Shown here piece after piece: positions 9,160-17,100 of a stretch of 62,124 bases of DNA (position 1 is its first letter; each line of letters starts with the position of its first letter). Made by a program: the position numbers and the translations under genes. Origin of the DNA: Flavobacteriales bacterium (GTDB taxonomy: Bacteria > Bacteroidota > Bacteroidia > Flavobacteriales_F > PHOS-HE28). The stretch is taken from positions 1-62,124 of the forward strand of contig JAEUSW010000063.1 in assembly GCA_016788285.1 (NCBI GenBank), read 5' to 3'. A model generated the notes under the pieces. It ran no database searches and was not told the DNA's origin. It worked only from the letters and a program-made list of their open reading frames with translations.

Positions 9160-9316
9160 GTGGACCGCAGATGAACACGGATACGATGCCCATGGGGTCC
9201 GGGCAGGATCGAACCACGGATGGACACCGATGAACCCAGAAACGATCCCCGCTGCGGTCCGGACAGAATTGAACCACGGATGGACACCGATGAACACAGA
9301 TGCGATCCCCAGAGGG
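9160..9316. repeat. about 2.7 tandem copies of a 60-bp REP-like intergenic repeat
   Basis: gaaccacggatggacaccgatgaac occurs at 9211 and 9271 (period 60). A diverged copy lies at 9160-9210. Confidence 0.85.
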
Positions 9317-9317
9317 A

Positions 9318-10241
9318 TCACGCGCGGGGCCTGGGCCAGGGCAGGTAGCGGGGCACCCGGGCCAGGTAGTTGCGGTAGCCGGGGTACTTGCCGGCGCTGA
9401 TGCCCTCGCTGAAGTCGGCGCTGCCCTGGAACAGCAGCACCAGCAGCAGCGCGCCGCACAGGCTCCAGTTCACCCACCGCCCGGTGGCCGCCACGCTGAA
9501 GCCGTAGAACACCAGCCATTGCGCCTGCTCGGCCATGTAGTTGGGGTGGCGCACGATGGCCCACAGCCCGTCGTGCACGAAGCCTTCCGCATAGCGCCCG
9601 GTGAGCGGCTCGCCGGCCCGCAGGCGGCGGTGCTTCTCCCGCTGGAAGTCCCATTGCTGCTGGTCGGCCACGGTCTCGATCACCAGGAAGGCGAGCATCG
9701 CCACGGCCAGCGCGCCGTCCGCCACGCCGAGCGCGCCGGGGGCGTCCACCACCAGCAGCATGGGCAGCGTGAAGAGCAGCACCAGCCCCAGCTGGTAGAA
9801 GGAGATGAAGCCCAGGTTGAAGAGGCGCCACACCCAGGGCTTGGCCAGGATGGGGTTGCGGCGCAGCACCTCCCAGCGGTAGTCCTCCTCGCCCGCCCAG
9901 AAGCGCCAGCTGTAGCCGCCGCGCCGGCCGAAGTTGTAGGTGAGGCGCAGGCCCCAGGCGGTCACCAGCGCCGCCATCAGCAGCGCGCGCGGCGTATGAC
10001 CGGCGGCGTCGGCCATCACCCAGGCGTACACCGGCGGCATCAGGCTCCACAGCTTGTCCACCTGGCTGCAGTTGCGCGTGAGCTCGGCCACCGCGAAGGT
10101 GAGCAGCGCGCTGGCGACGTAGATGCGGAGCAGGACCCCCAGCGTCTCCCGCTGCAGCACGGTGAGCGGGGCGTCGGCGAAGTAGGACACGACGGGCACG
10201 AGCACGAGCGTGACCAGCAGGAGCAGGATGGTGCGGCGCAT
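9318..10241 (-). CDS. DUF1295 / steroid 5-alpha-reductase-like membrane protein
   Basis: Polytopic protein with C-terminal IVRHPNYMAEQAQW. The track start at 10250 is a TTG; the ATG at 10241 gives MRRTILLLLV. Confidence 0.85.
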   Translation of the reverse strand: MRRTILLLLVTLVLVPVVSYFADAPLTVLQRETLGVLLRIYVASALLTFAVAELTRNCSQVDKLWSLMPPVYAWVMADAAGHTPRALLMAALVTAWGLRLTYNFGRRGGYSWRFWAGEEDYRWEVLRRNPILAKPWVWRLFNLGFISFYQLGLVLLFTLPMLLVVDAPGALGVADGALAVAMLAFLVIETVADQQQWDFQREKHRRLRAGEPLTGRYAEGFVHDGLWAIVRHPNYMAEQAQWLVFYGFSVAATGRWVNWSLCGALLLVLLFQGSADFSEGISAGKYPGYRNYLARVPRYLPWPRPRA

Positions 10242-10247
10242 GGGGTG

Positions 10248-10255
10248 CAAAGGAA
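10248..10255 (-). promoter_or_regulatory. putative -7 box TTCCTTTG, 6 nt upstream of the DUF1295 ATG
   Basis: rc of caaaggaa. The same box-to-start geometry recurs at many genes in the window. Confidence 0.4.
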
Positions 10256-10293
10256 CGGAGGAGGACGAAGGCGTGTTCGCAAGCGCATCTGGT

Positions 10294-10399
10294 CACAGTG
10301 CATGAGCACATCGTCACATGGGCACGACGTGTCCCGCCATAGCGGGATGGTCACATGGGCACATGAGCACAGGGGCACATGAGCACATGGGCACATGGT
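10294..10399 (-). repeat. octamer tandem array, consensus CATGTGCN on the minus strand
   Basis: Six in-phase units of CACATGRG lie at 10352-10399 on the plus strand. Degenerate units lie at 10294-10330, separated by a small hairpin spacer. Confidence 0.85.
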
Positions 10400-10654
10400 C
10401 AATCACGCGCCTCACCATGTCGCCACGGATGCGGTTGCACCGCGGTCCGATCCTTTCCCCACCGTCTTCGCGAAGGCGGTCTTCCGCCTGATGCGATCTC
10501 CCCTAGCGCGTTGAAGACTTCGTGAAGGCGGCCCCGCAGCCCAGGTCGCTCCCGCCCGCCGCAGGGCGATCGCCACGCGGCCCTTCAGGCTGCTCGCGAC
10601 GACGGTGCGGAAGGGCGTCGTTCAGCTACCGTCCACCTCCCCCACCCGGCTCCG

Positions 10655-10662
10655 TAGCTTGG
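10655..10662 (+). promoter_or_regulatory. putative -7 box TAGCTTGG, TTG 5 nt upstream of the esterase ATG
   Basis: Variant of TAnnTTTG with the same spacing class as other first-in-operon genes. Confidence 0.35.
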
Positions 10663-10666
10663 CGCC

Positions 10667-11692
10667 ATGCGCGGTCCGTTCATGCTCATCCTGCGCCTGC
10701 CCCTGCGCCTGCCCCTACCCCTGCCCCTGCTCCTGCGCCTGCGCCTGCCCCTGCTCCTGCTCCTGCTGCTCACCACACCGGCCCACGCCGGCAGCGGCCT
10801 GCAGGAGGTGAAGGACTTCGGCCCCGACCCGGGCAACCTGCGCATGTTCGTGCACGGCGCGGCGGGCACGGCCACCGCGCGGCGCCCGCTGGTGGTGGTG
10901 CTGCACGGCTGCACGCAGCGGGCACGCCGCATCGCCGCCCTCAGCGGCTGGAACGACCTGGCCGACCGCGCCGGATGCCTGGTGCTGTACGTGCAGCAGC
11001 GGACGATCAACAACAGCCTGCGCTGCTTCAACTGGTTCAGGCCGGACGACATCCTGCCCGAGCAGGGCGAGGTGGGCTCGGTGACCAGCATGGTGCGCCA
11101 CGCCGTGGAGCACCTGGGCGCCGACCCCCAACGCGTGTACCTCTACGGCGTGAGCAGCGGCGGCGCCCTGGCCGCAGCGCTGATGGCCTGCGCACCGGAC
11201 CTCTTCGCCCATGTGGCCATCTTCGCCGGCGCCCCTTACCGCGCCGCGAACAGCACGCTGGATGCCCGGCTGGTGATCCGCGACCCGCGCGTGCTGCCGC
11301 CCGCCACCTGGGCCGAACAGGTGACCCGCCTGCACCCCGACCGCCACGCCCCCTACCCGCCCCTGCTGGTGCTGCACGGCACGCAGGACCAGGTGGTGGA
11401 CTTCGGCCATGGCCTGGCGCTGGTGGCGCAATGGACCGCCGTGGCCGGCACCGACTCACTGCCGGACGCGGTGGACGCCGCCTTCCGCGGCCTGCCCCGG
11501 GTGGAGCGGCGCGTGTACCGCGCCGGCGACCGCACCGTGGTGACGCTCGTCCGCTTCGAGGGGCTCGGGCACCAGCTGCCCATCGATCCGGGCGACCGGC
11601 CCGATCAGGGCGGACGCCGCAGTTGGGTGAGCCGCGATGTGGACCTGCACAGCACCTGGCTGGTGGCGCAGGCCTTCGGGCTGGTGGACTGA
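10667..11692 (+). CDS. PHB-depolymerase-family esterase (secreted alpha/beta hydrolase)
   Basis: FGPDPGNLRMFVH, PLVVVLHGCTQ, CFNWF and the nucleophile elbow GVSSGGA. Confidence 0.85.
   Translation: MRGPFMLILRLPLRLPLPLPLLLRLRLPLLLLLLLTTPAHAGSGLQEVKDFGPDPGNLRMFVHGAAGTATARRPLVVVLHGCTQRARRIAALSGWNDLADRAGCLVLYVQQRTINNSLRCFNWFRPDDILPEQGEVGSVTSMVRHAVEHLGADPQRVYLYGVSSGGALAAALMACAPDLFAHVAIFAGAPYRAANSTLDARLVIRDPRVLPPATWAEQVTRLHPDRHAPYPPLLVLHGTQDQVVDFGHGLALVAQWTAVAGTDSLPDAVDAAFRGLPRVERRVYRAGDRTVVTLVRFEGLGHQLPIDPGDRPDQGGRRSWVSRDVDLHSTWLVAQAFGLVD
10690..10767 (+). repeat. hexanucleotide microsatellite (CCTGCS) x13 inside the esterase signal-peptide coding region
   Basis: 13 contiguous hexamers translate in frame as LRLPLRLPLPLPLLLRLRLPLLLLL. 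Confidence 0.9.
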
Positions 11693-11702
11693 GCGGGGCG
11701 GC

Positions 11703-12575
11703 CTACACGTGCCGCTCGATGAACTTCACGATCTCGCCGGCGATGTCCTTGCCGGTGGCGCCCTCGATGCCCTCCAGGCCGGGCGAGCTGTTCACCTCGA
11801 TCACCAGCGGCCCGCGGTCGCTCTGCAGCATGTCCACCCCGGCCACGTGCAGGCCCAGCGCCTTGGCGGCCTTGATGGCCGTCACCTCCTCCTCGTGGGT
11901 GAGCTCGATGAGCTGGGCGGTGCCGCCGCGGTGCAGGTTGCTGCGGAACTCACCCTCCTTGCCGGTGCGCTTCATGGCGCCCACCACGCGGCCGTCCACC
12001 ACGAAGGCCCGGATGTCGATGCCACGGCTCTCCTTGATGAACTCCTGCACGATGACGCGCGCCTTGAGGCTGTTGAAGGCCTCGCACACGGCCACGGCCG
12101 CCTTCTTGGTGTCGGCCAGCACCACGCCCAGGCCCTGGGTGCCCTCCAGCAGCTTGATGATGCACGGCGCACCGCCCACGCTGTCCACGATGCTGCCCAC
12201 GTCCTTGCTGTAGTTGGTGAACACCGTCTTGGGGATGCCCACCCCGCTGCGGGTGAGGATCTGCAGGCTGCGCAGCTTGTCGCGGCTGCGCACCAGCGCC
12301 TGGCTCTCGGTGGTGGTGAACACCTTCATCATCTCGAACTGCCGCACCACGGCCGTGCCGTAGAAGGTGACGCTGGCACCGATGCGCGGGATGATCGCGT
12401 CGACGTCCGTGAGGGGCTGCCCGCCGTAGATCACCTGTGGATTGCGGCGCTCGATGAGGATGTCGCACTTCACGTGGTTCACCACGCGCGCGGTGTGGCC
12501 GCGCGTCTCGCAGGCCTCGACCAGCCGGCGGGTGGAATAGAGCTTGCTGTCGCGCGAGAGGATGACGATGTTCAT
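11703..12575 (-). CDS. rimK: RimK-type ATP-grasp ligase (ribosomal protein S6 glutamate ligase family)
   Basis: 290 aa from [18 protein letters not shown] to FIERHV. ATP-grasp blocks [13 protein letters not shown] and [26 protein letters not shown]. Confidence 0.92.
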   Translation of the reverse strand: MNIVILSRDSKLYSTRRLVEACETRGHTARVVNHVKCDILIERRNPQVIYGGQPLTDVDAIIPRIGASVTFYGTAVVRQFEMMKVFTTTESQALVRSRDKLRSLQILTRSGVGIPKTVFTNYSKDVGSIVDSVGGAPCIIKLLEGTQGLGVVLADTKKAAVAVCEAFNSLKARVIVQEFIKESRGIDIRAFVVDGRVVGAMKRTGKEGEFRSNLHRGGTAQLIELTHEEEVTAIKAAKALGLHVAGVDMLQSDRGPLVIEVNSSPGLEGIEGATGKDIAGEIVKFIERHV

Positions 12576-12592
12576 GACCGGAGGCGGGTGCC

Positions 12593-12600
12593 CAAAGCTA
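12593..12600 (-). promoter_or_regulatory. -7 box TAGCTTTG (perfect TAnnTTTG), 17 nt upstream of the rimK ATG
   Basis: rc of caaagcta. Confidence 0.5.
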
Positions 12601-12674
12601 GCGGGCCGCCCATGGCCCCAGGGTGAAGCCGCTGTGAAAAAAGTGCGGTGCGGGCGGCCGTACCTTGGCGCCCG

Positions 12675-14177
12675 ATGGACCTGGCGACCCTGCGGCGCGA
12701 CCCGCTCACGGCCCTCACGCTCATCGCCCTGGTGCCCCGCCTGCTGGCCGCGGTCTTCTCGGCCGGCTACTTCGCCCACGACGACCATTTCCTGGTGATC
12801 GAGCCGGCCCGCAGCTGGGTGGACGCGGCCGACTACAACACCTGGCTGCCCTGGAACCAGGGCCCCGACGCCACCCCCAGCGGCCACAGCTTCGTCTACG
12901 TGGGCCTGCATTACCTCCTGTTCCGCGGCCTGTCGGCCCTGGGCGCGAACGACCCCGAGGCGAACATGGTGCTGGTGCGCCTGCTGCACGCCCTCTGGAG
13001 CCTGGTGGTGGTGCGCGCCGGCTACCGCATCGCCCACCGCCTGGGCGGTGAACGGGTGGCCTGGAACGCCGGCCTGCTGCTCGCCCTCTTCTACTTCATG
13101 CCCTTCCTGGCCGTGCGCAACCTGGTGGAGGTGGTGTGCATCCCCTTCCTGATGCTGGCCGCGTGGCAGCTGGTGAAGGACGAGCGCCCGGCCCCCCGCG
13201 CGGTGCTGCTGGCCGGGGTGTGGGTCGGGATGGCCATCAACATCCGGTTCCAGACCATCTTCTTCGCCGCCGGGCCCGGCCTGGTGCTGCTGGCCATGCG
13301 CCGCTGGGCCGATGGGCTCCGCTACGGCGCCGGCGTGCTGCTGCCGTTGGTGCTCCTGCAGGGCGGCATCGACCTCTTCATCTGGGGCCGACCCTTCGCC
13401 GAGATGACCGAGTACGTGCGGTACAACCTGGCCAACACCACCACCTACTTCGACCAGCCGTGGTACAACTACCTGCTGCTGCTGGGGGGCATCTTCATCC
13501 CGCCCTTCAGCCTGGCGGTGCTGTTCGGCCTGTTCCGCCGCCCGCGGCCCTGGCTCCTCTGGTCGCCGGTGATGCTCTTCCTGGCCGTGCACTCCTGGTT
13601 CCCCAACAAGCAGGAGCGCTTCCTGCTGCCCATCGTGCCGCTGGCCTTCGTGCTGGGCTTTGCCGCGTGGGAGGCCTTCCGCGCCGGTTCGGCCTGGTGG
13701 CGGGCGCGGCCCGGCCTCTGGCGCGGGGTGATGCGCTTCACCTGGGGCCTCAACGCCGTGCTGCTGGTCGCGATCACCTTCACCTACAGCAAGCGCAGCC
13801 GCGTGGAGGCCATGCTGGCCCTGCGCGAAGGGCCGCCCGTGCACGGCCTGGTGGTGGACGACACCGTGGAGCACGAGCCTCCCTGGATGCCCATGTACTA
13901 CCTGGGCCGCTGGCAGGCCAGCCAGCTGCCCTACGCCGACCCTGCGGAGGACCTCGCCGGCCTCATCGCCCGACTGCCCGCCGACCAACGCCCGGACGCC
14001 GTGCTCTTCATCGGGCAGGAGGACCTGGACGCACGCAAGGCCCGCATGACCGCGCTCCTCGGGCCGCTGCGCGGCGTGGCGGTGGCCAAGCCCGGGCTGG
14101 TGGACCGCGTGGTGCACTGGCTGAACCCGGTGAACCGCAACGAGACCATCACCGTGATGCGGACCACGCCACAGTGA
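12675..14177 (+). CDS. polytopic membrane glycosyltransferase (Alg9/PIG-B/PMT-like, GT22/GT39-type)
   Basis: GYFAHDDHF acidic motif in the first loop and many TM helices. The ATG at 12675 is preceded by TACCTTG plus 7 nt. Confidence 0.65.
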   Translation: MDLATLRRDPLTALTLIALVPRLLAAVFSAGYFAHDDHFLVIEPARSWVDAADYNTWLPWNQGPDATPSGHSFVYVGLHYLLFRGLSALGANDPEANMVLVRLLHALWSLVVVRAGYRIAHRLGGERVAWNAGLLLALFYFMPFLAVRNLVEVVCIPFLMLAAWQLVKDERPAPRAVLLAGVWVGMAINIRFQTIFFAAGPGLVLLAMRRWADGLRYGAGVLLPLVLLQGGIDLFIWGRPFAEMTEYVRYNLANTTTYFDQPWYNYLLLLGGIFIPPFSLAVLFGLFRRPRPWLLWSPVMLFLAVHSWFPNKQERFLLPIVPLAFVLGFAAWEAFRAGSAWWRARPGLWRGVMRFTWGLNAVLLVAITFTYSKRSRVEAMLALREGPPVHGLVVDDTVEHEPPWMPMYYLGRWQASQLPYADPAEDLAGLIARLPADQRPDAVLFIGQEDLDARKARMTALLGPLRGVAVAKPGLVDRVVHWLNPVNRNETITVMRTTPQ

Positions 14178-14211
14178 TGCGCCGGATAACTTCGCGCCCG
14201 CTTCCCCCGTC

Positions 14212-14970
14212 ATGATCGACCTCGCCCAGCTCGACCCCTCGGTCTTCCTCACCGCCCACGGTTGGATCGCCCTCATCTGGCTCACGGTGATGGAGATCGT
14301 GCTGGGCATCGACAACATCATCATCATCTCCATCCTCAGCGGCGAGCTGCCCACCAAGGAGCAGCAACGCAAGGCCCGGCGCATCGGCCTCTCGCTGGCG
14401 ATGATCACCCGCGTGCTGCTCCTGCTCAGCCTCAGCTGGGTGATGAGCCTGAAGGACCCGCTCTTCACCGTGATGGACCACACCGTGAGCGGCCGCGACC
14501 TGGTGCTGATCCTCGGGGGCCTCTTCCTGATCTACAAGGCCACCGTGGAGATCCACGCCAAGGTGGAGCACAAGCGGGAGAAGGAGAGCGCCGCCCGCAA
14601 GGCCGCCCGCATGGCCGGCATCATCGCCCAGATCGTGCTCATCGACATCGTGTTCTCGCTGGACAGCGTGATCACCGCCGTGGGCATGAGCAACGAGATC
14701 CTCATCATGGTGCTGGCCGTCATCGCCGCGGTGTTCATCATGCTCATCGCCTCCGACGCCATCAGCGCGTTCGTCAACAAGCACGGCACAGTGAAGGTGC
14801 TGGCGCTGGCCTTCCTGGTGATGATCGGGGTGGCGCTGCTGATGGAAGGCACCGGCAGCCACATCAACAAGGCCTACATCTACTTCGCCATGGCCTTCAG
14901 CATCCTGGTGGAGGGCCTCAACCTGCGGATGCGCCGCAACGAGGAGAAGCTCCGCGATCAGGGCAACTGA
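14212..14970 (+). CDS. TerC-family integral membrane protein
   Basis: [16 protein letters not shown] and [14 protein letters not shown] are the paired TerC motifs. Confidence 0.9.
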   Translation: MIDLAQLDPSVFLTAHGWIALIWLTVMEIVLGIDNIIIISILSGELPTKEQQRKARRIGLSLAMITRVLLLLSLSWVMSLKDPLFTVMDHTVSGRDLVLILGGLFLIYKATVEIHAKVEHKREKESAARKAARMAGIIAQIVLIDIVFSLDSVITAVGMSNEILIMVLAVIAAVFIMLIASDAISAFVNKHGTVKVLALAFLVMIGVALLMEGTGSHINKAYIYFAMAFSILVEGLNLRMRRNEEKLRDQGN

Positions 14971-17045
14971 GCGTTGCGCACCGCGGTGGGCGTGGTGCCC
15001 CCCACGGCCTGCAGCACCGCATCGCGGTCGTTCGCGCCCCCGCTGTACTTCACCACCCCGTCCAGGTTCAGGTCCTCCGGATGATAGCCCGTGGTGGTGG
15101 CCGTGGGCACCGTGCCGCCGATGCGGGTGAGGATGGGGTCGCGGTCGTTGCCGCCGCCAGTGTACTTGACCTGCCCGTTGCGCGTGCCGTCACCGGCCGG
15201 CATCAGCAGCACACCGCCCACGTTCACCGTGGCCGCGGCGCCACCGTTCATCGGCACCGATCCGTTGCTGAGGTCGCGCAGCACCGCCGTGGTGCCCACC
15301 GGCTGCGGGTTCTGCGTCATGATGCCCAGGTGGTTGCGGTGGCGCACGGCGATGTGGTAGTCGTCCACCGGCAGTTGGAAGCTCAGGTCCGATGTGCCGT
15401 CCACCGCCACGATGCTGCCGTTGCGCAACAGCAGGGCGCTGCGGCTGGCCAGCACCTGCGCGGCGTTGTTCTTGTTGCGCAGCTCCACCACCACCCAATC
15501 GACCACCGAGGCCGTTCCGGTGATGTTCAGGACCGCCTGGGTGGTGGTCTCACCGCCACCGCCCGCCACATGCGCGTAGCCCAGGGCGGTGTACGGCTCG
15601 GTGAGGGGCACCAGCCCGTTGGCGCGAAGGGTGCCGTTCATGTTCAACGCCACGCTGTTGTACGGCCCCTGCAGAAAGGCCTTCAACCTCACCCGCAGCG
15701 TGGGCTGCGGCGTGTTCTGCGGATCGAAGCCGTTCAAGGTCACCGTGCTGTTGGCCGGATCGAGCCAGTCGCGCAAGCGCGTGGAGGCCGAGGCCCCGTC
15801 CCAGCTCTCGCTGAACTTGGCCGCGCCGGCCCAGTTCTGCAGCGGGTCCGCGCAGTTGTATGCCCCTTCGGTCATGTGCCCGACGATCCGCTTGTTCTGG
15901 TCGAAGAGCGGGGCGCCGCTGCTCACCGCCTGGCTCACCCCCAGGTCCCATTCGCTGCGCCACAGGTTGATCCCGTTGGGGTCCTGGTAGCCCACGGACG
16001 GATCGTCGTCGCGGCTGAACTTCTTGACGTCGTAGTTGGGGTGGTGGATCAGCACGCTGGACTGCGGCACCGCCCCGCTGCGGTCCCAGCCCGCATAGAA
16101 CACCCCGTAGTTGGCGGGCGGCGCGTTCAGCAGCTCCAGCAGGGCGAAGTCGTCGTAGAAGTAGGCCGAGCGCAGCACGCCGCCGGTCACCGTCTGGCTG
16201 GTGTTGCCCACCGTGCCCACACAGCCGGGGGCCTGGTAGTTGAAGTAGAACACCCACTGGCCGATGGTGGCCGGCACCAGGCAGTGGTTGGCGAAGTAGA
16301 AGTAGGGCTGGCCCTGCTGCGCCGTGCTGTTGATCAGCGATCCGCTGCAGCCGTTGCCGTCGGGCCGGAGGAACATGGCCACCGACCGGATCTGCTGCTC
16401 CCAGCCCGCGCTCTCCGGACAGGCCACGTTGACGTTGCAGGCGGCGCTCTGGAACCCGGGGTCGTAATCGCGCAGCAGGCCCTGCTCCCCGAAGTGGAAG
16501 ATGTCGCGGTAGCCGTGGGTGATGCTCCCCACCTCAATGCGGGACGTGGCCCTGGACATCGCGGGCTCCACCAGCTCGATCACCACCGCATCGCCCGGCA
16601 GCACCGCGGTGGCCAAGCCGCCATCGGGCATCTCGTTCTGCTCGGTGAAGCCACCGAGGAAGCGCTGCCGGTCGCGGTCGTAGAGGTAGACCCGCGCCTC
16701 GGGCACCAGGTCGAAGAGGCTGAACTGCACACTGAGCATCACCGCACCGGGGCTCTCGATCATCAGCCGGCACACGCGCCGGTCATCCGGGGTGGCGGAC
16801 CATTGGCCTTGCGAGCCCACATCGGCGGTCAACGGGCGCTGCACCCCATAGCGGAAACCGACGGCCGGGCTGTCCGCCTCCTGCTGCACAAGCACCGCCC
16901 TGTCCAGGGCGGGCAGTTGCACGGTCGGGATGGTCGCGGGATGGCCCGCCGCACCTCCCCAGTAGAGGGGGGCGCCGCCGTGGGCCACCTGGGCATGGGC
17001 CCCGAACGCAAGCAGGACAAGGGTCACCCCGAGCAGGTAGCGCAT
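14958..17045 (-). CDS. secreted trypsin-fold serine endopeptidase (lysyl-endopeptidase-like) with a ~248-aa C-terminal dockerin-like module
   Basis: Start at MRYLLGVTLVLLAFGAHAQ. Protease blocks YFYFANHC, DFALLEL and SSGAPLF. The C-terminal module is shared with the gene at 47922-49802. Confidence 0.85.
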   Translation of the reverse strand: MRYLLGVTLVLLAFGAHAQVAHGGAPLYWGGAAGHPATIPTVQLPALDRAVLVQQEADSPAVGFRYGVQRPLTADVGSQGQWSATPDDRRVCRLMIESPGAVMLSVQFSLFDLVPEARVYLYDRDRQRFLGGFTEQNEMPDGGLATAVLPGDAVVIELVEPAMSRATSRIEVGSITHGYRDIFHFGEQGLLRDYDPGFQSAACNVNVACPESAGWEQQIRSVAMFLRPDGNGCSGSLINSTAQQGQPYFYFANHCLVPATIGQWVFYFNYQAPGCVGTVGNTSQTVTGGVLRSAYFYDDFALLELLNAPPANYGVFYAGWDRSGAVPQSSVLIHHPNYDVKKFSRDDDPSVGYQDPNGINLWRSEWDLGVSQAVSSGAPLFDQNKRIVGHMTEGAYNCADPLQNWAGAAKFSESWDGASASTRLRDWLDPANSTVTLNGFDPQNTPQPTLRVRLKAFLQGPYNSVALNMNGTLRANGLVPLTEPYTALGYAHVAGGGGETTTQAVLNITGTASVVDWVVVELRNKNNAAQVLASRSALLLRNGSIVAVDGTSDLSFQLPVDDYHIAVRHRNHLGIMTQNPQPVGTTAVLRDLSNGSVPMNGGAAATVNVGGVLLMPAGDGTRNGQVKYTGGGNDRDPILTRIGGTVPTATTTGYHPEDLNLDGVVKYSGGANDRDAVLQAVGGTTPTAVRNAQLP

Positions 17046-17063
17046 GTCAAGAAAAGTTATCAA

Positions 17064-17071
17064 CAAAAGTA
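17064..17071 (-). promoter_or_regulatory. -7 box TACTTTTG (perfect TAnnTTTG), 18 nt upstream of the protease ATG
   Basis: It lies in a short AT-rich intergenic stretch. An ATTTGG -33-like element sits about 22 nt further upstream. Confidence 0.55.
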
Positions 17072-17100
17072 TCCGGTTATGAACAAGTTCCAAATCCGGA

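Noticed and set aside
9160-9316. A CRISPR array as an explanation for the 60-bp, 147-bp or octamer repeats.
   Set aside because: The whole units repeat head-to-tail with no unique spacers between conserved repeats. No cas genes are in the window.
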